Assembly: GCA_028826165.1 (NCBI GenBank)
Contig: JAPDFW010000137.1
Coordinates: forward strand, 1-64,000
DNA from: Anaeramoeba ignava BMAN
Lineage: Eukaryota > Protista > Anaeramoebae
Direction: 5' to 3'
Length of the DNA stretch: 64,000 bases
Shown: in pieces, positions 13,919-28,140 of the stretch
Layout: each line of letters starts with the position of its first letter
Position numbering within the stretch: position 1 is the stretch's first letter
Translations under genes and position numbers: made by a program
The notes under the pieces: generated by a model
Told to the model about the DNA's origin: nothing
The model's database searches: none
What the model saw: the letters and a program-made list of their open reading frames with translations, nothing else

Positions 13919-14683
13919 TTAAATTTTGTTCTCATTATTTTGTTGATTTGAATTTTCTTCTTCTTTTTGTTCATTTGAATTTTGTTTTAAATTCTGTTCT
14001 TTTTGATTTGAATTTTGTTCATTTAAATTCTGTTCTTTTTGTTCATTTAAATTCTGTTCTAAATTTTGTTTTGAATTTTGATTTAAATTTTGATTTAAAT
14101 TCTGTTCTAAATTTTGTTTGTTTTTTTGTTTTGAATTTTGTTTAAAAATTCCAAATTCAATTAAATCAAAATATTCATCACCATGTAAAGCATGTTTCTT
14201 TCTAAATCCCTCTCTAACCATACCAACTTTTTCAAGAACACGAGCAGAAGCATTATTATGGGAATAAACTTTGCCATGAACTTTATTTACATCCAAATGA
14301 TTAAAAGCGAAATCGATCAAAGCTTTAGCAGCTTCAGTAGCATAACCATTTCCCCAATAAGGAGAGCCAATCCAGTAACCAATTTCTGCCATTTTATTTT
14401 CAGGTTCGAAAATTAGCCCAATTATTCCGATTAGTTCGGTTTCCAAAATGATTGCGAAATTTAGCTCATTGAGATGATTGTTGGTGTAGTTTATAAAAAT
14501 AGTTGCATGATTTTCTGTGTATGGATAAGGAATTTTTGCTGCAAAATCTGATATTCTTTTGTCTTGAAGCAATTCAGTTATTCTACTAACATCTGTTTCT
14601 TTAAGTGGACGTAATTCAAGTCTTTTTGTTTGGATTTTTATTTCTTTTTCTTTAATTGAAGAAAATTGATTAGGATAATTCAT
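13919..14683 (-). CDS. GNAT N-acetyltransferase, RimJ/RimL family, with N/Q-rich tail
   Basis: IQTKRLELRP..AEIGYWIGSPYWGNGYATEA..NNASARVLEKVGMVREG is the Acetyltransf_3 signature. Intronless. Confidence 0.9.
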   Translation of the reverse strand: MNYPNQFSSIKEKEIKIQTKRLELRPLKETDVSRITELLQDKRISDFAAKIPYPYTENHATIFINYTNNHLNELNFAIILETELIGIIGLIFEPENKMAEIGYWIGSPYWGNGYATEAAKALIDFAFNHLDVNKVHGKVYSHNNASARVLEKVGMVREGFRKKHALHGDEYFDLIEFGIFKQNSKQKNKQNLEQNLNQNLNQNSKQNLEQNLNEQKEQNLNEQNSNQKEQNLKQNSNEQKEEENSNQQNNENKI

Positions 14684-14760
14684 AAAAAAAATGAAAAAAA
14701 AATAATTAAAAAATTAAAAAATTTTTTTTCATTTTTTTCTTTTTCATTTTTTTCTTAATT
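14684..14760. promoter_or_regulatory. 77-bp divergent intergenic region with TCATT motifs on both strands
   Basis: Head-to-head ATGs at 14683(-) and 14761(+). T-tract TCATT occurs on the minus strand (about 14686-14700) and the plus strand (about 14722-14752). Confidence 0.6.
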
Positions 14761-17432
14761 ATGTTGAAATTTAATGAAATAAAACCAATTAATCAACCTC
14801 CAACTCCAAGATCATATATGTATTCAATTCTTTATGAAAATCAATTATATACATTTGGAGGATATAATAAATCTTTACCTGAAATTTATTTCAATGATTT
14901 ACATAAATTTGATCTTGGTAAATTTTAATTTATAAAAAAATTTAATTTATAAAAAAATTTTCAAATTTTTTCGTTTTTTATTTTTAGATAAGCATGAATG
15001 GCAATTAATTGAAACATCTGATGAAGATAAACCATCACCTCGTTGTGGACATAGAGCAGTTCTTTTCCATAATAAAATGATTATATTTGGAGGTTATGAT
15101 AATTCTTGGTTTAATACTTTTTATGAGTTAATTCAAATTCAAATTCAAATTCAAATTTTCAAAAATGAAGAAATAATAAAATTATTTATTCCTTTTTCAA
15201 TATCCAAATTTTAACAGATTTAATATCAAAAAAAAAGCATGGAAGAAAATTAAGCTTGATTTTACTAGTTTTGTTATTGATCCAAGAGTTTATCATTGTT
15301 CTGTTTGTATTCGAGATAAAATGTTTATATTTGGAGGAGCAAAAAGTACAACTGATTTTAATGATCTTTTTGAACTTGATTTAAGAAGCAATAGTTTAAA
15401 GTTAATTAAATCCAAAACACCACCACCATCTCCAAGAAGTTATCATTCTGCTGTTGCAGTAATTTCTATTTTATATTAAAATTATTTATAAAATTATTAA
15501 TAAAATTATTATAAAATTATTTATAAAATTATTTATAAAATTATTTATAAAATTATTATTAAATTATTTATAAAATTATTAATAAAATTATTATTAAATT
15601 TATTATTAAATTATTTATTAAATTATTTATAAAATTATATATAAAATTATTAATAAATTGATTATTAAAATTATTATTAAATTTATTATAAAATTATTAT
15701 TAAAATTATTATTAAATTTATTATAAAATTATTAATAAAATTATTAATAAAATTATTATTAAAATTATTATTAAAATTATTTATAAAATTATTATTAAAA
15801 TTATTATTAAAATTATTATTAAAATTATTATTAAATTTATTATTAAAATTATTTATTAAATTATTATTAAAATTATTATTAAAATTATTAAATTTATTAT
15901 TAAAATTATTATTAAAATTATTATTATATTTATTATTAAAATTATTATTAAAATTATTATTATATTTATTATTATATTTATTATTAAATTTATTATTAAA
16001 ATTATTGATAGTTTGGAAATAAAATGTATGTTTATGGTGGTCGTGATCATCAAGATATCTCTTTAAATGAATTATATTCTTATGATATTATTGAAAATGA
16101 ATGGTCTTCTCCGTTATACACAACTGGTGATGTTCCATTAGGAAGAGATCATCATTCAGCAAGTGTGTATCATACATACATGTATATTTTTGGAGGAAAT
16201 ACAAACGCTGATAGATTTGTTTCAACTCTTTTTAGACTTAATTTAAGTAAACACAAAAAAATAAAAATAAAAATAAAAAGAAAAAAATTCATATAATATA
16301 TTCTTCTTTAGTAACTTTGGAATGGCAGAAAATTATTACTTCTAATCCACCAATAGAGCGTTGGGCACATAATGCGATTGTTTATAACCATAATCTTTAT
16401 ATTTGGGGAGGAGATCTTCTTGTTGGTGAAACAACATATTTCAATGATATTCATTCAATTCCAATTCACACAAACACGCTTTTAATTGATTTAGAAAAGA
16501 TGTTTCAACAAGAACTTTTTGCAAATATCGAAGTTATGACAAAAGACGGCAAATTATTTAAAATTCATGAATGTATTATCAAAGCGCGAGTGCCTCAATT
16601 AACAAAAACATTGATTTCAGTGATAAATGAATTTGAATCAAAAATTGTTGAAATCATACTCCATTATATTTACACAGGATTACTGAACAGAATCAATGAA
16701 ATCATGAACCATGAAAAAACCGTGCAGAAAGTTCTCTTATTAGCAACAGAATTGAAACTGAATAATCTTATCAAGTTTATCCAGAAAAGTGAGTTTGATA
16801 TTGGCGAGCATAATGCAAATATGCAAATGCTCATAACCGATACATCCACTTTTGATGTTCAAATCAAAATTCCAAAAAAATCGGATGATCATGTTCAACG
16901 TCTTTACTCAAGTTATTCTGTTCAAGAAGATGAAAAATTCTGGATTTTCAATGCTCATAAATGCATTCTGACGGCTCGTAGTAAGTTTTATGCAGATCTC
17001 TTTCAAAAAAATGCGAGTCAATCTGAGTTTGTTGATGAACAAACAGATTTTTTCACTTTCAAGAATCTTTTGGATTTTTTTTATTTGGGAAATTTGGATA
17101 ATATTGTTGATTATGGTGTTGCTCGTAATCTAAATAATTTAGATCGAGTTTATCAATACACTTACAATCCTTTTGTTCAGCATATGGATTTTTTGATTCA
17201 GAAATTAAAACGGAAGTCTATTAAATCTTGGAATCAAATTGATGTTTCAAATTGGCTTCGTTCTTTGGGGAAAGATAGTCTTGTTCCAATTTTTGAATTT
17301 CATGAAATTGTTGGTGAACATTTACCGCTTTTGACTTCTGAAGTTTTACAACAAGAACTTGAAGTTCGTTCTCTTCAGGATGCAGTTTTAATTATTCAAG
17401 AAATTTTGAAGTATTCTGAAGATGATTTATAA
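14761..17432 (+). CDS. Kelch-repeat plus tandem BTB plus C-terminal SAM protein (LZTR1-like architecture)
   Basis: Exons 14761-14917, 14988-15126, 15218-15458, 16012-16246 and 16312-17432. Kelch motifs (LYTFGG, MIIFGG, MFIFGG, MYVYGG, MYIFGG, LYIWGG). Two BTB segments (FKIHECIIKAR..HYIYTG; AHKCILTARSKFY..DFFYLG). SAM motif WNQIDVSNWLRSLG..FEFHEIVGEHL. Confidence 0.8.
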
Positions 17433-17439
17433 AACAAAT

Positions 17440-18870
17440 TTATAAACAGATTTATCAAAGAATTTATAAAAGAATTTATCAAACAAATTTATCAAAGAAT
17501 TTATAAAAGAATTTATCAAAAAATTTATTAAAAAATTTATTAAAGAATTTATTAATTTATTATTAAATTTATTATTAAATTTATTATTAAATTTATTATT
17601 AAATTTATTATTAAATTTATTATTAAATTTATTATTAAATCTATTATTAAATTTATTATTAAATTTATTATTAAATCTATTATTAAATTTATTATTAAAT
17701 TTATTATTAAATCTATTAATAAAATTATTATTAAAATTATTATTAAATTTATTATTAAAATTATTTATTAAATTTATTATTAAAATTATTATTAAAATTA
17801 TTTAAATTATTATTAAAATTATTATTAAATTTATTATTAAAATTATTATTAAAATTATTATTAAATTTATTATTAAAATTATTATTAAAATTGATTATTA
17901 AAATTGATTATTAAAATTTATTATTAAAAATTATTATTAAAATTGATTATTAAATTGATTATTAAAAAATTTATTATTAAAATTATTATTAAATTTATTA
18001 TTAAATTTATTATTAAATTTATTATTAAAATTATTATTAAATTTATTATTAATTTATTATTAAAATTATTATTAATTTATTATTAAATTTATTATTAAAA
18101 TTATTATTAAAATTATTATTAAATTTATTATTAAATTTATTAATTTATTATTAAAATTATTATTAAAAATTATTATTAAATTTATTATTAAATTTATTAT
18201 TAAATTTATTAATTTATTATTAAAATTATTATTATTAAAAATTATTATTAAATTTATTATTAAATTGATTATTAAAATTATTATTAAAATTATTATTAAA
18301 ATTATTTTTAAAATTATTATTAAATTTATTATTAAATTTATTATTAAATTTATTATTAAATTTATTATTAAATTTATTATTAAAAATTATTATTTAATTT
18401 TATAAAACAAATTTATTAAAGAATTTATAAAAGAATTTATAAAAGAATTTATCAAACATTTATCAAAGAATTTATAAAAGAATTTATCAAAAATTTATCA
18501 AAAATTTATTAATTTATAAAAAGAATTTATCAAAAATTTATTATTAAATTTATTAAATTAAATTTATTAAATTTATTATTAAATTTATTATTAAATTTAT
18601 TATTAAACAGATTTATAAAAGAATTTATCAAAAATTTATTATTAAAATTATTAATAAAAATTATTAATAAAATTATTATTAAATTTATCATTAAATTTAT
18701 TATCAAAAATTATTATTAAATTTATTATTAAATTTATTATTAAATTTATTATTAAAATTATTATTAAATTTATTATTAAATTTATTATTAAATTTATTAT
18801 TAAATTTATTATTAAAATTATTATTAAAATTATTATTAAATTTAATATTAAAATTATTAAATTGATTATT
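17440..18870. repeat. (AAATTTATTATT)n-type intergenic satellite
   Basis: Degenerate 12-mer array flanked on both sides by AAAGAATTTATCA-type units. Confidence 0.85.
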
Positions 18871-19110
18871 TTAATAAAGATCACAATTAATTTTTAATTT
18901 GAATTTTCTTTTCTCAAATTTAAAATCCAAATTAAATTTAAAAACAAATTTAAAATCAAAATTAAATTTAAAAGCAAATTTAAAATCAAAAAATTTTTTT
19001 TTCTTCTTTTTTTTTAAATTAAAAAAATAATTTTTATTTTTTATTTTTTTTTTTTCATTTTCCTTCTTTCTTTTTTGTTTTATTTTCTCATTTCAAGAAA
19101 CAAAAAAATA

Positions 19111-22100
19111 ATGGGCAATACAGAAAAAACAGTTTTTAAATCTTCTCAAGTGAAGAAATATAGAAAAATCATTTCAAAAACAAAAAAATCAATTTTTGCT
19201 GTTGATTTTGGAGGGAATTTAGTGAGCTGTACAAAACAAATGACTGAAATTTTTGGAAATGAATTTATTAATGAATCAATTTGGAAATTTATTCCTAAGT
19301 TCCAAAGTCATGTTTCAATGGAATCTAGAAACTTTGCAGAATTTTTACTTGAAAAATTAAAGTTAATTTATATAAAAAAAAAAGAATAAAAGAAAAAGAA
19401 TAAAAAAAATTAAAATGAAATAAATTAGATCAAATAACCTTCCTATTTGGGGTTACAAATTTAAATTAAAAATAAAATTAAAAATAAAATTAAAATCTAA
19501 ATTAAAATCTAAATAAAATAAATTTTAAATTAGACAAACAAAAAGTATAATCACAATAAACTTCCTTTGGATTATAAATGATAAAGATCGTATTTGGAGT
19601 ACTTTAGATATATCTCTTCAACCTATAGGAAAAGAAAAACAAATTGTTCAATGCATTTATACTTCATGTTCAAAACCAGAAGAAATGAGTCAACTTCTTA
19701 AAAATGAAATTGAAAATTATAAAAAAGAAAAATTTACAAATCCAAATCAAATCAAATATTACACAAAAAGAATCCAACAACTCAAATTCGAAAAAAATCG
19801 ATTAGCACAAAAAGATCAAACAGGAGTGATCACGGAAAGCATTAAGGATATCAAAACGAAAATACAAAAAACGATTAGTGAAAAAGAACATCTTCAACAC
19901 CAAATTGATTCAACTTTCCAACTTATTGAACAAGAAGAGGCAAAATTACATTCCAAGGAATTCAACCAAAAAGTTATTCAGTTGAAAAGCGAAAAACAAA
20001 AACTCAAATTCGAAATCAAAAAATTTGCTGCAGAATCTCTTTTGGATCAAAATAAATTGGCAATCCAAAAAATCAAAGAAAGAATTGATGACCAACTCAT
20101 TTGCAACACAGATCTCAAATACAGACTCCAAACTGAACAGAAATTAAATGAGTATAATATGAATATTATCCAAAAAAATGTCAATAAAGATGATTTCGAT
20201 CAAATTTTGGAAATTTTAAATCAACAACTTGATTTAGTCAAGAAAGTTCTTGAAGAAGAAAAGAAAAAAAAGAAAATTGAGGATTTAAGGCAACAAATCA
20301 TTTTAGAGAAAAAGAAATTCAGGTTTCTATCTGAACAAAAAGAGGATTTTGTTTTGTATTCTACAGATATATTGAGCAATATTTCAATTAGTCGTTCAAG
20401 TGTTTGTGTTGAAAATTATTATTAATTTTTTATCAAAAAAGAAAACAAAACAAACAAAACAAACAAACAAACAAAATAATTTTGTTCATTTTATTTATTA
20501 ATTTTAAAATTAGACACAAGATTTCGAAACTACTTCTCATATTTCTGATGAACCAAGTGAAAAGAGCTTATCTTTTGAGTAAATATTTTATTAACAATTT
20601 TTATTAATTAATTTAATTTATTTAATTTTTAATTTTTATTTTTATTTTTTTTAGTTATGAAAAAGAAGATAAAGTAATTGATATTTTTTTGATCTTTATA
20701 ATTATAAATATAAAAATAAAAATAAAAATATATATATATAGGAATTTAACACATTGCAAGATATTTTGAAAGATAAATTTTCAGTTCAATTCTTTATTGA
20801 GTTTCTTGTTCAAGATTTTCGATTTGAATCCTTTTTATTTTATTTGGCTGTTTCTCAATTTGAAGAAGAAGAAAATGAAGATCATCAAGTACTTTTTAAA
20901 AAAGCTGATCAAATTTATAAAAAATTTATCAAATCAGATTCTTTATTTGAATTAAATATTCCACTTGAAAGAAGAACAGAAATTCGACAAAAAATTTTAC
21001 AAAATGAATTTGATAATCAACTTTTTACAAAAGTAAAAAAAAAACAACAAAACAATTTTATGATTAAATTTACAATTCTAAATTAAAAAATAAAATAAAA
21101 ATAAAGGAAAAACAAATGGTTCATCAAATTTTAATTGAAAAATTATTTCCTGAATTTAAAAACTCTGCACTTTTTCAAAGTTTGAAAACTTATTATGGAG
21201 AAAGAAACAAATTTTTAAGTTATAATGTTTGTTTCCAAAAATCAAAATTAAAATCAAAATTAAAATTAAAATCGAAATTAAAATTAAAATCAAAATCAAA
21301 ATAAAAATAAAATTAAAATTAATTTCAAAATCAAAATTAAAATCAAAATTAAAATCAAAATCAAAATCAAAATTAAAATTAAAATTAAAATTAAAATTAA
21401 AATAAAATTAAAATTAATTTCTTTCTTTTTAAAAAAATTTTTATTAGACTGGAATTTTAACTTTTGAAAGAAAGAAATCCAATGTTTTAAATTTAATAAC
21501 TCATTATCAAGAAAATTTACGATCACCAATGAAAATTTCAGAAAATTTAACTGAAATGGTGATAAATATTTGTAGTTCAAGATATTCAATTAGTACAGAA
21601 CAAATTGAATTAACTTCTTTAGCTGAATCATTAACATTTATGAAATTTTTATTATCATCTAGAAAACTTCAAAAAGTAAGAAAACACACAAAAGAAAAAA
21701 AGTGGAACAAAAATTTTTTTAAAATTAAATTTTCTCATTTTTCTTTTTTTTTGTAATAATAATAACAATGAAAATAATAATAATAATAATAATTAAGGCA
21801 AAAATCAAAAAATTACAACCTGAACAAAAAATACCTTTTTTTGTGAATATGTATAATGTTTTGTTATTTCATATTGCTGTTTTAAATTTAGCACCTAAAA
21901 GTCATGGACTTGAACAAAATGATTTTTTTCACTATAAATATAATATTGGAGGATTTGAGATGTCACTGAATGATATTAAAAATGGGATTTTACGCAAAAA
22001 TGAAAAGATGTTAGCATGTGTTAAAAGTGCAGAATTTGGGAAAGAATTAGTTGTTCCAAAATTTGATCCAAAAATTCATTTTGCGATGTTAACACTTGAT

Positions 22101-22536
22101 TCTCATACACCTATATTGAGGGTTTTGTATCAAGATACGTATGAAGTAGAGTTAGAAAATATGACGCAAGAATTTATACGTTCTCGGGTGATATTTAGTA
22201 CCAAAACGAAGAAAGTAAATATTTCCAAAAACAAATGATAAAAGATATCAAATTTTTTATTTTTAATTTTAAATTTTTTATTAGATTGTTTTACCGAAGT
22301 TGTTTCAAGAGTTTGATGTTGATTTTGGAGGGAATTGGAAATCAGTTGTGAGTTGGGTATCTCGATATTTGGAACAAAATGATCAAGTTAAAGAAATGGT
22401 TTCCAATCTTGATTCTTATGAAGTTAGATATGTAGCTCCAAAGAAGAGTCCTTTATTTATTTTTGACTCTTCTATGACTTCAGTTGATTTGACAGATTCT
22501 GATAGAAGTGAAGAATCTCAAATCAAAGAGATTTAA
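19111..22536 (+). CDS. PAS-like, coiled-coil, RGS and DUF547 protein
   Basis: Starts MGNTEK. The N-terminal region resembles PAS. RGS motif QFFIEFLVQDFRFESFLFYLAV..ADQIYKKFIKSDSLFELNIP. DUF547-like KIPFFVNMYNVLLFH..YNIGGFEMSLNDIKNGILR..DPKIHFAM. About nine GT-AG exons join in frame, including a 19-nt exon at 20655-20673. Confidence 0.75.
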
Positions 22537-22599
22537 AAAATTTTTTTTTCTAAATTTTTACATTTTTACATTTTTACATTTTAATTTGTTTTATTTGAA

Positions 22600-24100
22600 G
22601 AAAATTGATTAAATTTTAAAAAGGATAAATTTATTTAAAAAGAATTAATTAAATTTATTTAAAAATAATTAATAAAATTTATTTAAAAATGATTGATTAA
22701 ATTTATTTAAAAATAATTAATTAAATTTATTTAAAAAGAATTAATTAAATTTATTAAGAAAGAGTTAATTAAATTTATTAAGAAAGAGTTAATTAAATTT
22801 ATTTAAAAAAAGTGGAACAAAAATTGATTAAATTTATTTAAAAATAATTAATAAGATTTATTTAAAAATAATTGATTAAATTTATTTAAAAATAATTAAT
22901 AAGATTTATTTAAAAATTGATTAAATTTATTAAGAAATGATTAATTAAATTTATTTTAGAAAGAGTTAATTAAATTTATTAAGAAAGAGTTAATTAAATT
23001 TATTTAAAAAGTGGAACAAAAATTAATTAAATTTATTTAAAAAAATAATTAATTAAATTTATTTAAAAATAATTAATTAAATTTATTTAAAAATAATTAA
23101 TTAAATTTATTTAAAAATAATTAATTAAATTTATTTAAAAATTAATAAGATTTATTTAAAAAGAATTGATTAAATTTATTTAAGAAAGAATTAATTAAAT
23201 TTATTTAAAAAGTGGAACAAAAATTAATTAAATTTATTTAAAAATAGTTAATTAAATTTATTTAAAAATAGTTAATTAAATTTATTTAAAAATAATTAAT
23301 TAAATTTATTTAAAAATAATTAATTAAATTTATTTAAAAAAATTAATAAGATTTATTAAGAAAGAGTTAATTAAATTTATTTAGAAATGATTAATTAAAT
23401 TTATTTAAAAAGAATTAATTAAATTTATTTAAAAATAATTAATTAAATTTATTTAAAAATAATTGATTAAATTTATTTAGAAATAATTAATAAGATTTAT
23501 TTAAAAATAATTAATTAAATTTATTTAAGAAAGAATTAATTAAATTTATTTAAAAAAATGGAACAAAAATTGATTAAATTTATTTAAAAATAGTTGATTA
23601 AATTTATTTAAAAATAATTAATTAAATTTATTTAAAAATAATTAATTAAATTTATTTAAAAATAATTGATAAGATTTATTTAAAAATAATTAATTAAATT
23701 TATTTAAAAATAATTGATTAAATTTATTTAAAAATAATTAATTAAATTTATTTAAAAATAATTAATTAAATTTATTTAAAAATAATTGATTAAATTTATT
23801 TAAAAATAATTAATTAAATTTATTTAAAAATAATTAATTAAATTTATTTAAAAAGTGGAACAAAAATTGATTAAATTTATTTAAAAATAATTAAATAAAT
23901 TTATTTAAAAATAATTGATTAAATTTATTTAAAAAGAATTGATTAAATTTATTTAAAAAGAATTAATTAAATTTATTTAAAAATAATTAATTAAATTTGT
24001 TTAGAAATAATTAATTAAATTTATTTAAAAATAATTAATAAGATTTATTAAGAAAGAGTTAATTGAATTTGTTTAGAAATGATTAAATAAATTGATTGAA
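22600..24100. repeat. About 24-bp minisatellite (AATTAATTAAATTTATTTAAAAAT) with GTGGAACAAA and GAAAGAGTT variants
   Basis: Tandem array read directly. Variant units recur at about 22811, 23011, 23211, 23558 and 23855. Confidence 0.85.
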
Positions 24101-24205
24101 AAGAATATTAATAAGATAAAATAATAATTAGTAATAAAAACGTTTTAATTAAATTTTTTTTTTTATTTTTTTTTTTCATTTTTTTCTTTTTAATTAAAAA
24201 AAAAA

Positions 24206-27200
24206 ATGGTTGATATTAATCTATTTAGAGAAGAATATGGAGGAAATCCAGAAAAAATTAAAGAATCAATAAGAAAAAGATTCAAAGATGAAACGATTGT
24301 AGACGAAATAATAGCTATTGATAAACAATGGAGAACTGCACAATATGATACAGAACAACTTGCAGCACAACAAAAAACAATAAGTAAAAAAATTGGACAA
24401 AAAAAGAAAAACAAAGAAAACGTTGATGATGAAATGCAACAAGTGAGCATGATTATTGAGAAGAAAAAAGAACTTGAGAAAAATTCAAGTGAATTAAAAA
24501 ACAAATTGGATCAAATGATTTTGAAAGTGGGAAATTTAGTTGATGAAAGTGTACCTTTTGGAAAGGATGATTCATTCAATGAAACAGTATCAAAATGGGG
24601 AGAGATTAAAGAGAAAGATCCAAATCAAAAGCACCATCATGAGCTTTTGGTTATGATTGATGGATATAACCAAGAAAAAGGTGCGATTGTTGCTGGTCAT
24701 AGAGGTTATTATTTAAAAGGTTCTGCTTTTCTTTTGTCTCAAGCTCTTATTAATTATGGTCTGCAATTCTTAATCAAAAGAGGTTATGTTCCAATGCAAA
24801 CCCCTTATTTTATGAAAAAGAAATTAATGGCTCAAGTTGCTCAATTAGAAGATTTTGATGAGAGTCTTTATCAAGTATTTTCGAATTTCAATACAAAATA
24901 AATATCAATATCAATATCAATATCAATATCAATATCAATTTCAATATCAATATCAATATCAATTTCAATATCAATATCAATATCAATATCAATATCAATT
25001 TCAATATCAAATTCAATTTCAATATCAATATCAATTTCAATATCAATATCAATTTCAATATCAATTTCAATATCAATTTCAATTTCAATTTCAATTTCAA
25101 TTTCAATTTCAATTTCAATTTCAATTTCAATTTCAATTTCAATATCGAAATATCAATATCAATATATCAATATCAATATCAATTTCAATATCAAATATCA
25201 ATATCAATAAAAATATCAGTAAAAATATCAATATCAATATCAATTTCAATATCAATATCAATAGAAAATATCAATATCATTATCAATATCAATTTCATTT
25301 TTCAATTTTCAATATAATTAAATTTCAGTATCAATATCAATATCAATTTCAATTTCAATTTCAATTTCAATTCAATGAATCATATCCAATATCAATATCA
25401 TATCAATTTCCAATATCAAATATCATCAATATCAAATATCAATATAAATCAATATCAATATCAATAAAAAAAATATCAATTTTCAATTCAATTTCAGGTT
25501 TTATTTATCAATTTCAATATCTTTTCTTTATCAATTTCAATTTCAATTATCAATTTTCAATATCAATATCAATATCAAAAGAGGTTTCAATATCAATATC
25601 AATTTCAATTTCAATGAAAAAAAATCAATATCAATAATATGAAATGGTTCAATTTTGATCAATATCAATATCAATATTTTCAATATCAATAATATCAATA
25701 TCAATATCAATATATCATCAATATCATATCAATATCAATATCAATATCAATATAAATATATATCAATATAATTTCAATATCAATATCAATATCAATATCA
25801 ATTTCAATTTCAATTTCAATTTCAATATCAATTTCAATATCAATATCAAATCAATTTCAATATCAATATCAATATCAATATCATTATCAATATCAATATC
25901 AATATCAATTTTCAATTTCAATTTCATTTTCAATTTCAATTTCAATATCAATTTCAATATCAATATCAATATCAATATCAATTTCAATATCAATATCAAT
26001 TTCAATATCAATTTCAATATCAATATCAATTTCAATTTCAATATCAATATCAATATCAATTTCAATATCAATTTCAATTTCAATATCAATATCAATTTCA
26101 ATATCAATTTCAATATCAATTTCAATATCAATTTCAATTTCAATTTCAATATCAATTTCAATTTCAATATCAATTTCAATTTCAATATCAATATCAATAT
26201 CAATATCAATATCAATTTCAATATCAATATCAATATCAATATCAATATCAATATCAATATCAATATCAATTTCAATATCAATATCAATATCAATATCAAT
26301 ATCAATATCAATTTCAATTTCAATTTCAATATCAATATCAATTTCAATTTCAATATCAATATCAATATCAATATCAATTTCAATATCAATTTCAATTTCA
26401 ATTTCAAATTCAAATTCAATATCAATATCAATATCAATATCAATATCAATATCAATTTCAATATCAATATCAATATCAATATCAATATCAATTTCAATTT
26501 CAATTTCAATTTCAATATCAATATCAATATCAATATCAATATCAATATCAATATCAATATCAATATCAATATCAATTTCAATTTCAATATCAATTTCAAT
26601 ATCAATTTCAATTTCAAATTCAAAATTATTTAGGTAACAGGAGGAGGTGATGAAGATGAAGATGAAGATGATAAAGAAAAATATCTTATTGCAACAGCAG
26701 AACAACCATTAACAGCTCTTCATATTAAAGAATGGATTTCACCATCATTATTACCAATCAAGTAGTTTCAAATATTAATAATTTAAATAATTTTATTTAT
26801 AATTTTTATTTATTTATTAATAATTTAAATAATTTTTATATATTTTATTCAAATTTTTATTTATTTATTAAAGATATGCAGGATTCTCAACATGTTTCCG
26901 AAAAGAATCAGGATCATATGGAAAAGATACATGGGGAATATTTCGAGTTCATCAATTTGAAAAAGTAGAACAATTCTGCATTGTATCACCCAAAGAAGAT
27001 AGTTCAGAAAAAATGCATCAAGAAATGTTAAAAGTATCTGAAGAGTTTTATCAGAGCCTGAACATACCATATCGTGTAGTATTAGTAGCATCAGGGGAAC
27101 TTAATCAAGCGACATCAAAGAAATACGATTTAGAAGGATGGTTTCCAGGATTTCAAGAGTTTAGAGAACTTGTTTCATGCTCAAATTGTAAAGATTTCCC

Positions 27201-27444
27201 TTCTCGTAAATTGGAAATTCGTTTTGGCGAATCAAAAACTTCAAGAGAGAAGGAATATGTTCATATGCTTAATAGTACTCTTGTTGCTGCTCAACGTTGT
27301 CTTTGTTGTGTTCTTGAAAATTATTCTAATAATGATGGTATTGTTGTTCCTGATGTTTTACGTCCTTTTATGGGTGGTATTGATTTTATTCCTTTTGTTG
27401 CTAAACCTCCTTCAAAAGGAAAAGGTGGAAAAAAGAAGAAATGA
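24206..27444 (+). CDS. SARS: Cytosolic seryl-tRNA synthetase
   Basis: Exons 24206-24874, 26634-26761 and 26874-27444. Motifs YLIATAEQP, YAGFSTCFRKESG..GIFRVHQFEKVEQF, KYDLEGWFP, ELVSCSNC, HMLNSTL. Confidence 0.96.
24875..26633 (+). repeat. 1.76-kb intron of (TCAATA/TCAATT)n
   Basis: GT at 24875, AG at 26632-26633, hexamer array between them. Confidence 0.9.
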
Positions 27445-27459
27445 ATATCCAAATTTAAA

Positions 27460-28010
27460 ATTTAAATCAAAATTAAAATTAAAATTAAAATTAAAATTAA
27501 AATCAAAATCAAAATTAAAATTTAAATTAAAATTAAAAATTAAAATTAAAATTAAAATTAAAATTAAAATTAAAATTAAAATCAAAATTAAATTCAAAAT
27601 TAAAATTAAAATTAAAATTAAAATTAAAATTAAAATTTAAAATTAAAATTAAAATTAAAATTAAAATTTAAAATTAAAATTAAAATTAAAATTAAAATTA
27701 AAATTAAAATTAAAATTAAAATTAAAATTAAAATTAAAATTAAAATTTAAATTTAAAATTAAAATTTAAATTAAAATTAAAATCAAAATTAAAATTAAAA
27801 TTAAAATTAAAATCAAAATTAAAATTAAAATTTAAAATTAAAATTAAAATTAAATTAAAATTAAAATTAAAATTCATTTATAAAATCAAAATTAAAATCA
27901 AAATTAAAATTAAAATAAAAATTAAAATCAAAATTAAAATTAAAATTAAAATTAAAATTCAAAATTAAAATTCAAAAGAAATATCAAAATTAAAATCAAA
28001 AATTAAAATC
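27460..28010. repeat. (AAAATT)n microsatellite between convergent genes
   Basis: Read directly. Confidence 0.9.
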
Positions 28011-28140
28011 AAAATTTAAATTTAAACTTTTTTCAAAAGAAATAAATTTAGAATTTCTTTTAAATTTCTTTTAAATTTCTTTATTGATTTATTCTAAAAA
28101 ATTTGAAAGGAAAAAAACTATTTTTTTTTTCTAAATCTTT

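Noticed and set aside
19429-19451. Possible 23-nt exon (AG..GT) in the RGS gene
   Set aside because: Including it breaks the frame, while splicing 19361 directly to 19534 keeps it. It would be real only if a base is missing from the G run.
22600-24100. CRISPR-like or telomeric array
   Set aside because: No unique spacers, no cas genes and no G-rich telomeric unit; it is an AT minisatellite.
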